A DNA stretch of 64,000 nt, taken from contig NW_024704743.1 of the NCBI RefSeq assembly GCF_018977255.1, forward strand, positions 92,816,001 to 92,880,000. Reading direction: 5' to 3'. The notes below the pieces were generated by a model. The model had not been told where the DNA came from. It was given only the letters and a program-made list of their open reading frames with translations, and did not search any database. Positions 39,953-51,906 of the stretch are shown piece by piece. The first letter of the stretch is position 1. Every line of letters begins with the position of its first letter. The DNA comes from Callorhinchus milii (lineage: Eukaryota). Both the position numbers and the translations under genes were made by a program.

Positions 39953-40544
39953 TTGTTTTGGGGGGATCAGCCGGTTGTCTGACACATGCAGAAACCCTTT
40001 ACCATGCTTACGAGTATCCAAACCAAGCTAAGAATTCCAATCATCCCATCTACACATGGAAATCACAGGGATAGATTGTTGGAATGGAATGCACACTCTC
40101 TCCCTTGAGGGACCATCCTCCTTACCTAATTCTGGAAAGTATTAGTCATGGGTTGGCAAGAGCCAAGGCTTGGGGACCCCAGAATGAGCATTGGCGCTAC
40201 TGCTGAAGTCTAACCAGCTAAACCCGCATAGCTTGCCATTGATATTGCTGGCAAGCTTTCCTGCTACTCGTCCAGCTCGGACCACACTACCCATTAGGGC
40301 TATGGCTTGCAGGCTTAAGAGGAGCTGAGTGGGATGACTCCCTGTCCCCAGTGACTGGTCTGCCTTTCTAGGTCCTGCCGATGAGCCAAGCTGGCTGTGC
40401 TGTCATCAGCAGTACCTTGGAATACTGCGGACGCGCCTGGCTCAGAAACCAGACTACCGAGACCCCAGAGAGCTGGCTCGATTCTGACATTTCATTGCCA
40501 GGCATGTCACCTTGGTACCAGTTCAGCTCCAAGGAGACTCCACT
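39953..40544 (-). repeat. Unclassified ~590-nt structured element, copy 4 (apparently full length)
   Basis: Longest copy, and all other copies align within it. Many short perfect inverted repeats; ends ...ccggctgatcccccc-aaaacaa on the - strand. Confidence 0.88.
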
Positions 40545-41191
40545 AATCTGCATTAGCCTTTCCACAAAGATGTTACGTAAGAGTTGCAGAAGAAGAAAAT
40601 GGAGGGAAGGAAAAGTAAAAATGGGGAGAATGAAATAGAAAGCAGTGAACTCAGGTTCAGGGGAGCAGAAAATACATGCACACATATTAAACACGAATTC
40701 AAGTCATTCTATAATCTGTTGTTACCTGTCAGTTATATGATTAAGGGAAATGTCATTTGTTTGAATATGGTTAACCTAACCCACACATTGCAAAAACTTT
40801 GCATTTAGTAGCAGAATGTATTATTCAAGTCAAATGCTTTGCAAGCCAATGGATGGAACATACTATCACTCTGCACCACACTAATTGTTAAAATGTTGTC
40901 AGGTTATTCAGAAGGATGCAATTATGAGTTCATTTAATTAGGTTGCTCTTAGATGTACTTGCAGAATATGGAATGTTTTTCTAAAAATAAAAATATTTTA
41001 AAATTGTCACTGCACTGTGAGTAATAAAATATTTTTTAGATTTGATATTCTGATTTAGCATTCAAAGTAGGGCAAATAAATATTTATGATAGTTAAAAGG
41101 ATTTTAATCTGTGTTTATTGATAAAATGCATTTGCACACTGCCACTGCAAAGCTGTGCAGTATCACCCAATGTCATCAGCTGCTTGTTATG

Positions 41192-41711
41192 TTTTGGTCA
41201 GCTGGGTGTCTTCACCCACGCAAAAAACCAGCACCATGCTTAACTAGACTGAGAGTTCCACATATGTACTTGCAACTCTCTGTCTGGAGGGACACACCCT
41301 ACTTACCTAATTCTGGAGAGTATTAGGTGCATGTTAGGCAGAACCAAATATTGGGGACTGCTAAGTGTTCATTGGGGTCCTGCTCGAGTTTACCCAGTTA
41401 ATACTGTATAGCTTCCCATTTAAAGTATTGTGTGACACATTTCCTGTTGTTTGCTAAGCTAGGACACACTACCTGTTAGAGATTTGGACTTGATAGTCAA
41501 TGGATGACTAAAAATGATTAGTCATTCTTCCAACAAATTGGAAGAATTCCTGCCTCTAGTGATCAAACTGCTACTCCATATCCTACTTATGAGCCAGGCT
41601 GGCTGGTCTATCAACACCAGTGTCCTGTATTACTGCAGATTTGCCTGCTTCAGGAACCAAACTTTCAAGACCACCACAAAGGATTGACTTGGTTTGGATA
41701 TTCCATTGCCA
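41192..41711 (-). repeat. Unclassified structured element, copy 5 (slightly 5'-truncated)
   Basis: cttacctaattctggagagtattag, ggacacactacc, atgagccaggctggctg and tcaggaacca match copy 4. Confidence 0.85.
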
Positions 41712-43539
41712 AAGAAGGTTATACACATACTTTTGAAAGCAGTGTGTTTAGCTCAACACATTTGAAATTGATTGGAACAATTCTATTAAATAGAAGATCA
41801 TTCACTCAATTGCTCACTTATATGAAAATGTAGCATTTTTTTCAAAATGCAAAGAGCGGCTTAGCTATAACCTGAAATTGAAGCTGGGTTTCAAAGTTAC
41901 ATACTAAGCATTAATAATGTAATATTGGGGAAAATGCTTCACTGTTACATGGAAAATTTCTGTGCATAATTTGCATCAATTTAACCCGTATGGTACCTGT
42001 GTCCAGTCCATGTACAGCTCACAAAATATATGTGTTTTGGAAATTGAAAATTTATTTTGGCCTGTTTGTGAGGTCCAGGACCAAGGAATGAGGTGGATTT
42101 GTGGTAAGAGATGGTGGCTGCAGGAAGGGAGGGTTCTGGTCTACCTGTTTGCCAAAGCCCCTCTCATGAGGACCCAGATTAAGCAGATGGTGCTGAGTAA
42201 ACCTGCTATGTGGCATTAGACTTCGATTTGTAGATCTTTGAGTTCCCATGTCACAAGCTGTCCTGGAAAGGTCCTCCCACCACACTGAAGACAGATGTCT
42301 TTTGAATAGCTGATGAAGAGGCTTGGGACAACAGATGCTGGAAGGCGTTACCTGGAGTCCGAGTTTGTGAACACACGTTCGTACATCCAGGACTTGATAT
42401 CTACCTTGATTTGTATGCGGAGAGGTAACCAGCTGCTGTTCAAGCTCCACATCTCCAACTGGTGGAACCATCGCTCAATAGGTAGAGTTGAGTCTGAGCT
42501 AAAATGCTGGCTGGTGGCAATGCTGAATGTATTTCCGGCTAAATTTTGCTGTTCACCAGAAGCTCGCAGGAAGTTCCTGGTACCCGCTATCCACTGAGTG
42601 AGGGCTCAAACCTGTACTAGTCAAATGACCAAATAGTGACTATCATCTTGTGGTAGTAAATGGCTCCCAGATGACGTGTTTGTCCCGGAATGGTAAAAAT
42701 GGTGGCATCTCGATAGTCTTATTCCTGAGTCAGACAAGTAATAAAAATCATGGAACAATAATAAAAATCTGCAAAAATGCATTGATATCAGAGGATATTA
42801 CAGCACAGAAGGAGGCCATTCAGCCCATTGTGCCTGTGCCCGATATTCACTATGTTACATATACATCAAATACCTAACACAACAGTAATTATACTGATGT
42901 TAATTGTAAGGGTGAGATGTAGACTGGGGTAAGGAAATAACTCTACAGAAAATGTGCATGTTCAAACACGATGACCAAGGATTTTGAAGGAAGATTAAAG
43001 GAGAATTTATTGCACCATTATTACAGAGACTGTACAGTGAAGTTACTAAATATTATTAATGCAAACCTAGAATCCAAATAATTTCCTAAAGTTGGAAAGA
43101 TGGGGGAAAAAATGGAGAAAATCTTTGGGCAAATTAAATGTTGTTTTGATATTGACAGTCACAATCATTGTATATTGTAAATTAAGCCTAACTTACATAT
43201 GTGGAACTCTCAATCTGGTTTGGATACTCTTAATCATTGTAATGAGTATCAGAATATGCAGCTGACCAAAACAAAAGTAGATATACCTTGTTTATTTTGT
43301 AGGTTCTTTGTGAGACAAGCATACAGGATTTCTTCAAATTGTCTTTCTATTTTTTGTATCCTCCAGTTTATAGATATAAAATTCCCCAAAAGATATCCAT
43401 TGTCCAATTTAGAACTGACTGTCAATTTCAGACTGTGGTTGTAATAAATTCTTGACCAAGCTGCTGAGAAGAGTGTCTTGTAGAAGTGATGTAAAAGCAT
43501 GTCAGTTTTAGAACAGAATATAAAAGCTGCCTTGAACAG

Positions 43540-43718
43540 AGATATAGAGGGAGAGAGAGAGAGGGTGAGAGGAACAGAGATATAATGGGAGAGATAGTCA
43601 GAGAGGAATAGACATATAGAGGGAGAGAGGAGCAGAGAGATACAGGAGAAGAAAGAGATAGAAAGGAGGAAGGGAGATAGAGAGCTAGGAAGAGAGAGAA
43701 ATAGAGAGAGACAGAGAA
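43540..43718. repeat. Degenerate (GA)n-rich microsatellite
   Basis: Purine-rich gagagaga tract. Confidence 0.85.
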
Positions 43719-43884
43719 ATAAACAAATAATAATTTAGTCACTCAATCTGTTTGTGGGACACTGCTGTGCGCAATTATACGGTCAATTCACTTTACAGTA
43801 CATTCCATGAAGCGCTGTGAGACAACTCGAAGACATGATAAGGCCCTATATCAAATGCAAGAATTATCATTATAATAATAGTTG

Positions 43885-45065
43885 CGACACAATTCATATC
43901 ACTACCAACATGGTTGCCAAACAACTGTGCAAATTTAAGGTAAATAAATCTCAGGGGTCGGATAAATTGCATCCGAGGATCCTTAAGGAACTAACGGAGG
44001 AAGTCACAGAAATGCTGGCACAAATCTTTCAAAAATCACAGAATACTGGAGAAGTGCTAGGGGACTGGAGAAAGGCAGATGTTACTCTTATTTTTAAGAA
44101 AGGTAACAAAAGTGACCCAGGAAACTACAGACCAGTAAGTTTTCCATCCATTGTGGGTAAAATTATGGAGACTATTATTAAGGATAAAATCATGGAGCAT
44201 CTGCACAGAAAGAAAATTATAAATGATATCCAATATAGGTTAATGAAGGGGAGGTCTTGCCAATCTAATTTACTGGTTTTCTTTGACGGTGTGACAAGGG
44301 AGCTTGATGTTGTTTAAAACAAACCAGATGTTGGGATGTATCAAAAGATCAATAGCAAGTTAAGATAGTGGGGTAATCCTGCCACTGTATAAATTATTGA
44401 TGAGACCATATTTAGGTAGCCGTACAAAAAGAATATTGGCGAAATTGAGAAGCTACAAAGGAGAGCAACCAAAATGATTGAGGGAATGGAGGGACTGGAC
44501 TATGAGGAATGACTAAGTAAATTGGGCATGTTCAACAACAACAAAATTGCATTTGTATAGCGTCTTTCACGTCGGGAGGACATCCCAAGGCACTGGAAAA
44601 AAGAAGATTGAGAGGTGACATGATTGCTGTCTTTAAGATTCTAAAGGGGCTACAACAACAACAACAACAAATTGCACTTATGTAGCACCCTCCAAGCAGG
44701 GTAGCATCTCAGAGCACTCAGAGGGCTAGACAACATAAATATGATGGGCTGTTTCAACTTGTCCAGAATAGTAAAACCAGAGGACATGGCCACAATTGAA
44801 GGGGGGTAAATTCAGAACAGATCTACACAAACACTATTTCAGTGAGCGAAAAGTGAACCTATGGAACAGGCTCCCTAGGGAGACAGTTGAAGTAGGAAGG
44901 GTTGATTCTTTCAAACACAGATTAGATACTTTTCTTTTAGGAAATAACATTATTGGATATAGTACATAGGTAGTTTGGGACGTATGTGCATGCGATCACC
45001 AGGAAGGTAGAAACTGAACTAGATGGATCTTGGTTTGTTTTCGTCTAGAATTTCTTATATTCTTA
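43885..45065 (+). mobile_element. CR1 LINE fragment (RT N-terminal part plus 3' end, internally deleted) carrying two tiny L2-tail insertions
   Basis: KSQGSDKLHPRILKEL...WRKADVTLIFKKGNKSDPGNYRPVS...KGRSCQSNLL in ORF 43817..44317; tail ttcttatattcttat. Confidence 0.93.
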
Positions 45066-46659
45066 TTGTATGATGGGAATCTGCAGGCTGGCCTTACAAT
45101 CATCTCTAAGAAGACTGTTTCATGAGTGACCCACTTTTGAAAAGACCAGATATGTCCATGGCAGCTTTGTTTCCCAGTTATTTTCTTTGCCCCAGATGCT
45201 AACAGATGGATGAAAGCTTAAATAATTCCAAATATCCTGCTATCCAATTTTCAATGCCTACATGTGTAATAAAGATGGCAGTTTCTGGATGCCTCTGAAG
45301 AAAGCACTCGCTGAAATATTAAAATCTTTCATCAGAGGTTTTGTGTTATTTGATTGTCAAGCAATCATGAAATACCTATGCATGTTAGGAGCTTTATTCT
45401 GATTGTAGAATTGTGGAAAGTTTACAGCACAGATACTATTCCATTGTTTCTGTGTTGCTATAATTTCACAGCGTCAGACTCTGTTCCTGTCAAGCGTTCT
45501 GGGACGCAACCTCGCGTGAAGGATGCTAATACAAGTTGTTGTTCCCTTATTAGCGGTACTTTATTCCCATTTCTCTCCCCTTTCCCTCCATCCCTGAAGG
45601 TTTATTTTTCCTCAAGTATTCATCTCATTCCCTTTTAAAAAGCTGTTAATGAACTTCAAAACCACTTGTGGTAAGGCACTGCCTATTCTAACAACCTTTG
45701 TCTATGTAAGAATCTTCTATCCTCAATTTGTGCCCATGTTTCCATCGTGCCAATTAGAAGCAATAATCTGTTTAATTACCCAATCAAACTCGTTTTGGAT
45801 TTCTGCTCCTAGCCTTCTACGTTCCAGAGAAAACAGTCCCGATACTTCATCCTTTCTACATAACTACAACTTCTCATCTTTGCTATTACCCTAGTGAATT
45901 TCTTCTCTTTTTATTGCTGAATGTCCTTTCTAGAACGATATGCAATTTCTAGAATGAGATGCTAGATCCAAAACCAGATTCAATATTCAATGTCTAACAT
46001 TATTTGGTGTCAATTTAAATAACCTCTTTGCCGTATTATACTCAGTGTTTGTGTTCTACCTGAAAGATCCCTGTGTTGAGCCCCAACAATATCTGTCAAG
46101 GAATGCCCCATAACCATTAGGGCTAGAGAAGAAAGGAAGTTGTGATGTCCCCATTGTAGTGCCCAGTACTATTTAAGACACAAATCTCATTCCTGGGTAC
46201 GTAAAACAATTCTTGTGCAACTCTTTTAATCTGACATCATAAAATTGCTTTGCAATTGATTCAATTCACTGCGAAATCTAACACACTTGATGAGAAGATG
46301 ATTGGATGGGCTTTCCTGTGCAGTTGCAGCTGCTGTATACTGATTAGAATCAGACTGCTGGATTGATTTTCTCACATCAATAAATAACTTCACCAAAGAT
46401 TAAAATCCACTTTTTATTCCAACTTTTTCTTTATAAAAGTAAAGGTATCAGGCTACTGCCACTCCAACATAAAGACACTCAGTTTCAGGACACCAACCCT
46501 TTTAAATTTAAAGACCAAACCTGTTCAAGCACATTTGATTTGTTCAGTGAAAGCGTATCTGCAGTACTCTTTCAAATTCCTTTGTATTTTACAGAATTAA
46601 TTTTCTTCATTTATTCCACTCTCTTTTATTCTCCCCCTATTTAGGCTGTTTTTAAAGCT

Positions 46660-47005
46660 GGGGATTTTGAGCTCAAGCCTGGCCGACACTTCAGGGAAGT
46701 GTTGAAATGCATTGTTGAAAGTGCCATCCTTCGGTTGAGACATTAAACTAAGGTTTTGTAACTCTGTCTTGGTGAATGCTAAAGTACCCATACATTATTT
46801 GAAAGAGAGAGTTTCTCCCAGTGTATTTGGCATTAATCCTCCAAAATAAGTTGGTCATTCCTGGCTGTTTGTGAGAAATTGCTGTCTGCAAATTGGATGT
46901 TGCTTTTGCCTACAAATAGAGTCACTATATTTAACAGTAATTACCACAAAGTGCTTTGAAGCATTTTGATGTTATTAATGCCATGTAAAATGAAAGGATT
47001 ATTAT
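46660..47005 (+). mobile_element. Degraded Deu-domain SINE
   Basis: gtgccatccttcggttgagacattaaac core plus tail aaggattattatt. Confidence 0.72.
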
Positions 47006-48237
47006 TTTCAATCTGCAGCTCATGTTTTTACATTAATAAATTGAAAATTATAGTGCAAAGATAGACAACACATCTGACACACATCTATAAACTTTTAAAA
47101 TAAGAGAAACAACATAGAATTGTATCTTCATAGATTATTGTTATTTCCATATTATAATGAGCATTTAGCTCATCTTTTATCACAGTTTTAAAGAACAAAA
47201 TACAGTAATTTTAAGCGCTTAACTTGCTTTGATTCGGTGCCCTGATCCTACACGTCCGCCTGAACATATAGATTATTCTCCTACCCAGTCAATTTAGTTG
47301 ATGAAGAAATCTTAACCTAGATTTCCCTGTAATATGATGTCCAATTCCACTATTTTCTGTTTTCATTTCAGATTTCCAGCATCTGGGGAAGACGGGTTTG
47401 CAGGGTTATGGGGAGAAAGCTGGTGATTGGGGTTAGTGAAAGTGACTTGCTCTGTCAAAAAGCTGGCACAGACTCAATGGGCTGAATGGCCTCCTTCTGT
47501 GCCATAACATTCTGTGAATCTATCATGTCTTTCTTTTTATCTCTGATGCCTTCAGGTAGAAGAGCATGTATTCAATCCAATGGTCAGGTCAAGAACTGAG
47601 ACCTCATTAGTAAATAGCAAGTGGAAGCCATCATGTTAGTGTTTCTGACTAAGGATAAAATGCATGGATCAGGATGCCACAATTCTAATGAATGCTTGTG
47701 CATGAACAATATTGATTTGAGTTCACTCCCATTATCTGAGAGAAAAAAAGGAATTTGCTCATTAATGTCATTAGCAAACCTTTCCATAATAAATATGAAG
47801 TTAGGATTGTGTATTTATTGTACATACAATTGAAGTGTAAATTGTGAATCTAGGCTACACAAATATGGCACAATTAGAAAGGGGCCAGTAAATGTATACT
47901 TCAGGTTTGAGTCTACTACATTAGTTCATTCATGAAGCTGCAAAAGGATAATTATTAATATCATTATGCAAGACATTTCTGATTACTGGTGCACTCAAAC
48001 ACTGGTCTCAAGGGAATACGAATGTCTATTCACCTAGGATCAGATGCAGAACTTGCCATACCTCTCTGCTCATGCTCTTGTCTCATGGATTGATCAGCTT
48101 GACACTGATTCTGGGAAGTACATGTATGCTCTTTATTAGATCACCAAGAGCTAAATGTCTCTATCAGTTGACATGGAACTGTTAACATTTTTGTGGGCAA
48201 AAGATCCGTGCCTTGGATGCTTTGGCCATAGACAACA

Positions 48238-48589
48238 ATAATAATCCTTGCATTTGATATAGCACCTTATGACGTCATCGAGACGTCTCAAAGTCCTTCA
48301 CAGAATATATTGTGAAGTAAATTCACTGTGTATTTTGTGGGCGAAACGCAGCAGCCAAGTGTCCCACAAACAATTGTGGATTGAGTGACCAATTTTTAAT
48401 TTTTTTTTGAAGGGATTATTACCCCCAGAAAGCAATCCGCCAATCAACTAAAAACCGGGTCCCTACCTACTGCTAGGTAAACAGAGGTGTGTGCAACAAG
48501 GAAACTTGTCTAAGTTTTAGCCCACCCGGGACTCGAACCTGGGTCCTCTCACTTGTGAGGTGAGTGTGCTAACCACTAAATGACAGGAC
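48238..48589 (-). mobile_element. tRNA-derived SINE (long form), full length
   Basis: B box ggttcgagtcc on the - strand; flanked by acaac on both sides (possible TSD). Confidence 0.9.
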
Positions 48590-49880
48590 ACAACTGCTCA
48601 GCTTCCAAGGTAGGCAGATATGAAATGACATAGGAGCAAAATGTCTCTCTGTTCATAAGGGAACATTGAAAATAGCAAAGGGAATTGTTCAATCATCCCA
48701 GCAATTGGTTCCAAAGGGAGAGATACACAGTCATATTTCACACATTGGGATATATTAACCCCAAACTATATGACTTGTTACTTCTAAACAGTTCATTCAG
48801 TAGCTTTGTGTGACTACTGACCCCATCTGAGATGACAGAAGATACCAGTGAATGATAAAATGATGTTTGGTGGTGGGGTTAACAATCCAAGTGTAACATT
48901 TGTTAGTTGTGTTAACCTGGTGCAAACTCCTACAAATACCAGATAACCTTGCATGGGTTCCATGACATTCAACCCCACGAACCATCCTCGTCCTTACCAG
49001 TACCAAGAACCACTGCAAACGGCCCCGAGCAGAGAAGCATCACTGGATACAAGCACAGCTCCTCCACACTGGCATGTTTATAGTCCACCTGCAGATTAAA
49101 CTTGGCTCTGTGGGACACTGAATCCATTGACTTGGGTCCTTCAATCCTACACTAACCTGGGCACAGAGATGTTTCAGATGGTATTAATCTGTCCGGATTA
49201 ATATGTGTCCGGATCCGTGCAATGTGCAATCTGGTGATGCCAGGCGGGGGCGAGAATTTGCTTTGGACCTTTTATCAGGAGGTGAAATGAAATGTTCTTT
49301 TCTCTACAGCTCTTGAGCTCTCTTTCTCTAGCTCATTCTGAAGAGTTCCTAATCACAGCTGGATTCCCAGCTCCTCCTCTTCCCTCTGTTTTCTCGCACC
49401 CCACCCCCCTTGCCATCCACACAATACGAGAGGGGGAGTTTGGTGAGACGCAGGCAGGAAACCATGTACCATAGATTTGGTCCACAGCTCTGCAGACGAG
49501 ATCTCAAAACCTGCCTGTGTGCTAGGGTGACCAGTGGGAAACAAACAAGTGACCAGAAGGAATAGCTCCTCGTCCTGTCCAGTTTGATGTTTCAAATGTA
49601 CATCCAGAGATGCCAGGAGAGGATGAGGATAGCTGGGCAGTGAAGGAAGAGCAATGAACACCTCAGTCTGGCCACCAACACTACAGGTTTATAACTAAAG
49701 AACAGGGGAAACAGTAGGAGGGTGGAACAGTGTGGGGTTAGGGGGGGTGCAAATGTATTGAATTAAATCAGTTGGTTTCTTCCCTGTCATGTCCTCTTCT
49801 TTTCCCCTTTCTGAATTGTAAATCATTAATCCCACAATTTATTTTTCATTTGATAAAAAGCTTGTAGCCTGTGTTGTGGA

Positions 49881-49987
49881 GACCTGCAGCTCAGTGGCTA
49901 GAGCCTCGCCTCGCAAGCAAGTGACCTGGCTTCAATTCCTGGGCAGGGAGAAACATTAGGCAAATTTCCTACTCCACTCGCCTCCAT
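49881..49987 (+). mobile_element. tRNA-derived SINE head only
   Basis: cagctcagtggctagagc...cttcaattcctgggcaggg; stops where the LTR-like element starts. Confidence 0.82.
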
Positions 49988-50704
49988 TGTGAAGTAATGA
50001 CTGACACAAATGTTGTACAATTAATCAAGGTTTATTAATTCAGATTAATAATGGTTCTAAGTAATTAAAAGAATACATCACAATAATGCTTACATATCCA
50101 TGTACAGTTCACATTGATTTAAGTTGATCAAACCAAATGCTGCGGAAAAGATAGAGGAGCAATGTCCAATTTAATGTTCACTTTAATTTGACCTTTTTAA
50201 TGTCCATCAAAAGGTATTCAAATATTGTTGTACGGTTCCCATTTCGATCGCCCAAAAGTATCCAGGTATTACTGTACTTTTCCCTGTTCGATCATCCACA
50301 AGGTATCCAAGCATTGCTGTACTGTTGTTTAAATCGTAGTCTTGATCTTTCTTCTTTAGATGCTGGAATATGGTTCTCGACTCCAAGTTCCAATTTCTTT
50401 ATATCTTCTTCCCAATTCTTTCTTCTGATTCTCTTTTCAAATTAATCTCCGTTTATACAGTTGGTTAGTTGACCTTTCAACTATTGTCTTTTGTAAGATG
50501 GTTTCTTTGTGGAAAAAAAAACATAGCTCTCTCCCATGTTAAAACAGCTGCAGATCATTTTTCCATGAGAAAATGACTGATAAGAAATGAAAACAGTCTT
50601 TTGTTCATCTCCATTGAGAAAGGATCTTCTGTGAAGCTAGTCAAAACCAGCTTCCATCATATTTTATGAGATTAATTATAAATCTTAAAAATATAAACAT
50701 CGCA
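49988..50704 (-). mobile_element. Probable solo LTR (~717 bp)
   Basis: TG...CA ends with imperfect inversion (tgtgaag / catcgca). On the - strand, TATAAA (50452-50457) precedes AATAAA (50031-50036). Internal ~45-bp tandem duplication. No clean TSD. Confidence 0.6.
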
Positions 50705-50707
50705 AAT

Positions 50708-51030
50708 TCCTGTAGCTCCGTGGTTAGAGCACTCAACTTACAAGCTAGACACCTGGGTTCGATTTCAGGCAGGTCGAAACCTTGGGCAAGTTTCCTTACT
50801 CCAAACGCCTTATAATAATTCCTCCAAAAAAACAAAACAATAATAAATTGGTCATTTTCAATCCATGACTGTTTGTGGGACACTGCTGTGCACAATCGGC
50901 TGCCGTGTTTCGCCCACAAATATACGATCAATTCACTTTATAGTTTATTCTATGAAGCGCTTTGAGACGTCGAGAAGACGTGAAAAGCTCTATATCAAAT
51001 GCAAGGATTATTATTATTATAATTATTATT
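50708..51030 (+). mobile_element. tRNA-derived SINE (short form), full length
   Basis: tcctgtagctccgtggttagagcactc...gggttcgatttc; tail gagacgtcgagaagacgtgaaaagctctatatcaaatgcaagg plus (ATT)n. Confidence 0.92.
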
Positions 51031-51906
51031 TTGGATATATTTTAATAAATTAATTACAGAATCGTACACTGCCGTTCCTTCTGTACACACGTGGTTAATC
51101 TAACTGGCAAATTTTGCACATGGATTGTGTTAGAAAATTAGACCCCACTTTGAGAAAAATGGCTAAATATTGAAGCTGCAAACATTTTGGAAGAGAAGAT
51201 TTTCTCTGGTATATCACTTGAGTTTGACTACAATTGCATTATAAAGCTTCAGTTTAAATTCTAAAACCGTTGCCTCAGAATCCATTAATAAATGACAGTG
51301 ATAAGGCAAGCAGAGATAAATGATGTTCTAAGCAGTGCAATCCAATTAAGGAATACTTGTGAGCCATACTAAACAGCTGGGAGTATCGTATTTCAAAATT
51401 TTAATAATCTATCTTAAGCCTTACTGATCATAACCTCCTGCAGTAACATCTTGGCTGCAAAGTGATAAGTCCATTTTATCTTCAATTCTTTGTCCTCACA
51501 ACCCTCCAGCAAAGTAGCCCAAATTATTCCACCATCAACCTTAGCAAAAGGATTTGTTACAATCGTTTTTTTACCCGAATATAAAGTTGTTCTTAGCTTC
51601 AGAAACAAGGTTTAGAAATTAAATGCGTACATGGCACTGTGGTGCTGATCACTGGAACGTTGATGTTTATTGCCATCGAGTGGGAAGAGGCAGCTTTGAT
51701 CTCCCCACTCTGCTGTGTTCCTTGGTTTGAATCTCCCTCCCCAAACAGGGAAGCAGTGAGCAAGAATGCGGTGTCAGCCCATAGGGAACAGTGAACAATA
51801 AATGGGAAGACCTGCTTAACTGATGCCTATGTCTCTCTCCTTGATGCTGATCAATGAGGACAACAGAGACCTTAGAGAAACCTATCATACACCTTCTAAG
51901 TGACAG

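Noticed and set aside
40362..40410. Hammerhead-like CTGATGA...GAAA on the - strand of copy 4
   Set aside because: No convincing stem II or III, and the motif is not kept in copies 2, 5 or 6.
41300..41312. U1 snRNA-like tacttacct
   Set aside because: Similarity stops after 9 nt; better read as a minus-strand donor-like site.
43428..43742. 104-aa Leu/Ser-rich ORF
   Set aside because: Translation of a (GA)n microsatellite.
50708..50775. tRNA gene-like sequences (also near 20280, 32270 and 48589)
   Set aside because: SINE heads that run into SINE bodies; no proper acceptor stem or Pol III terminator.
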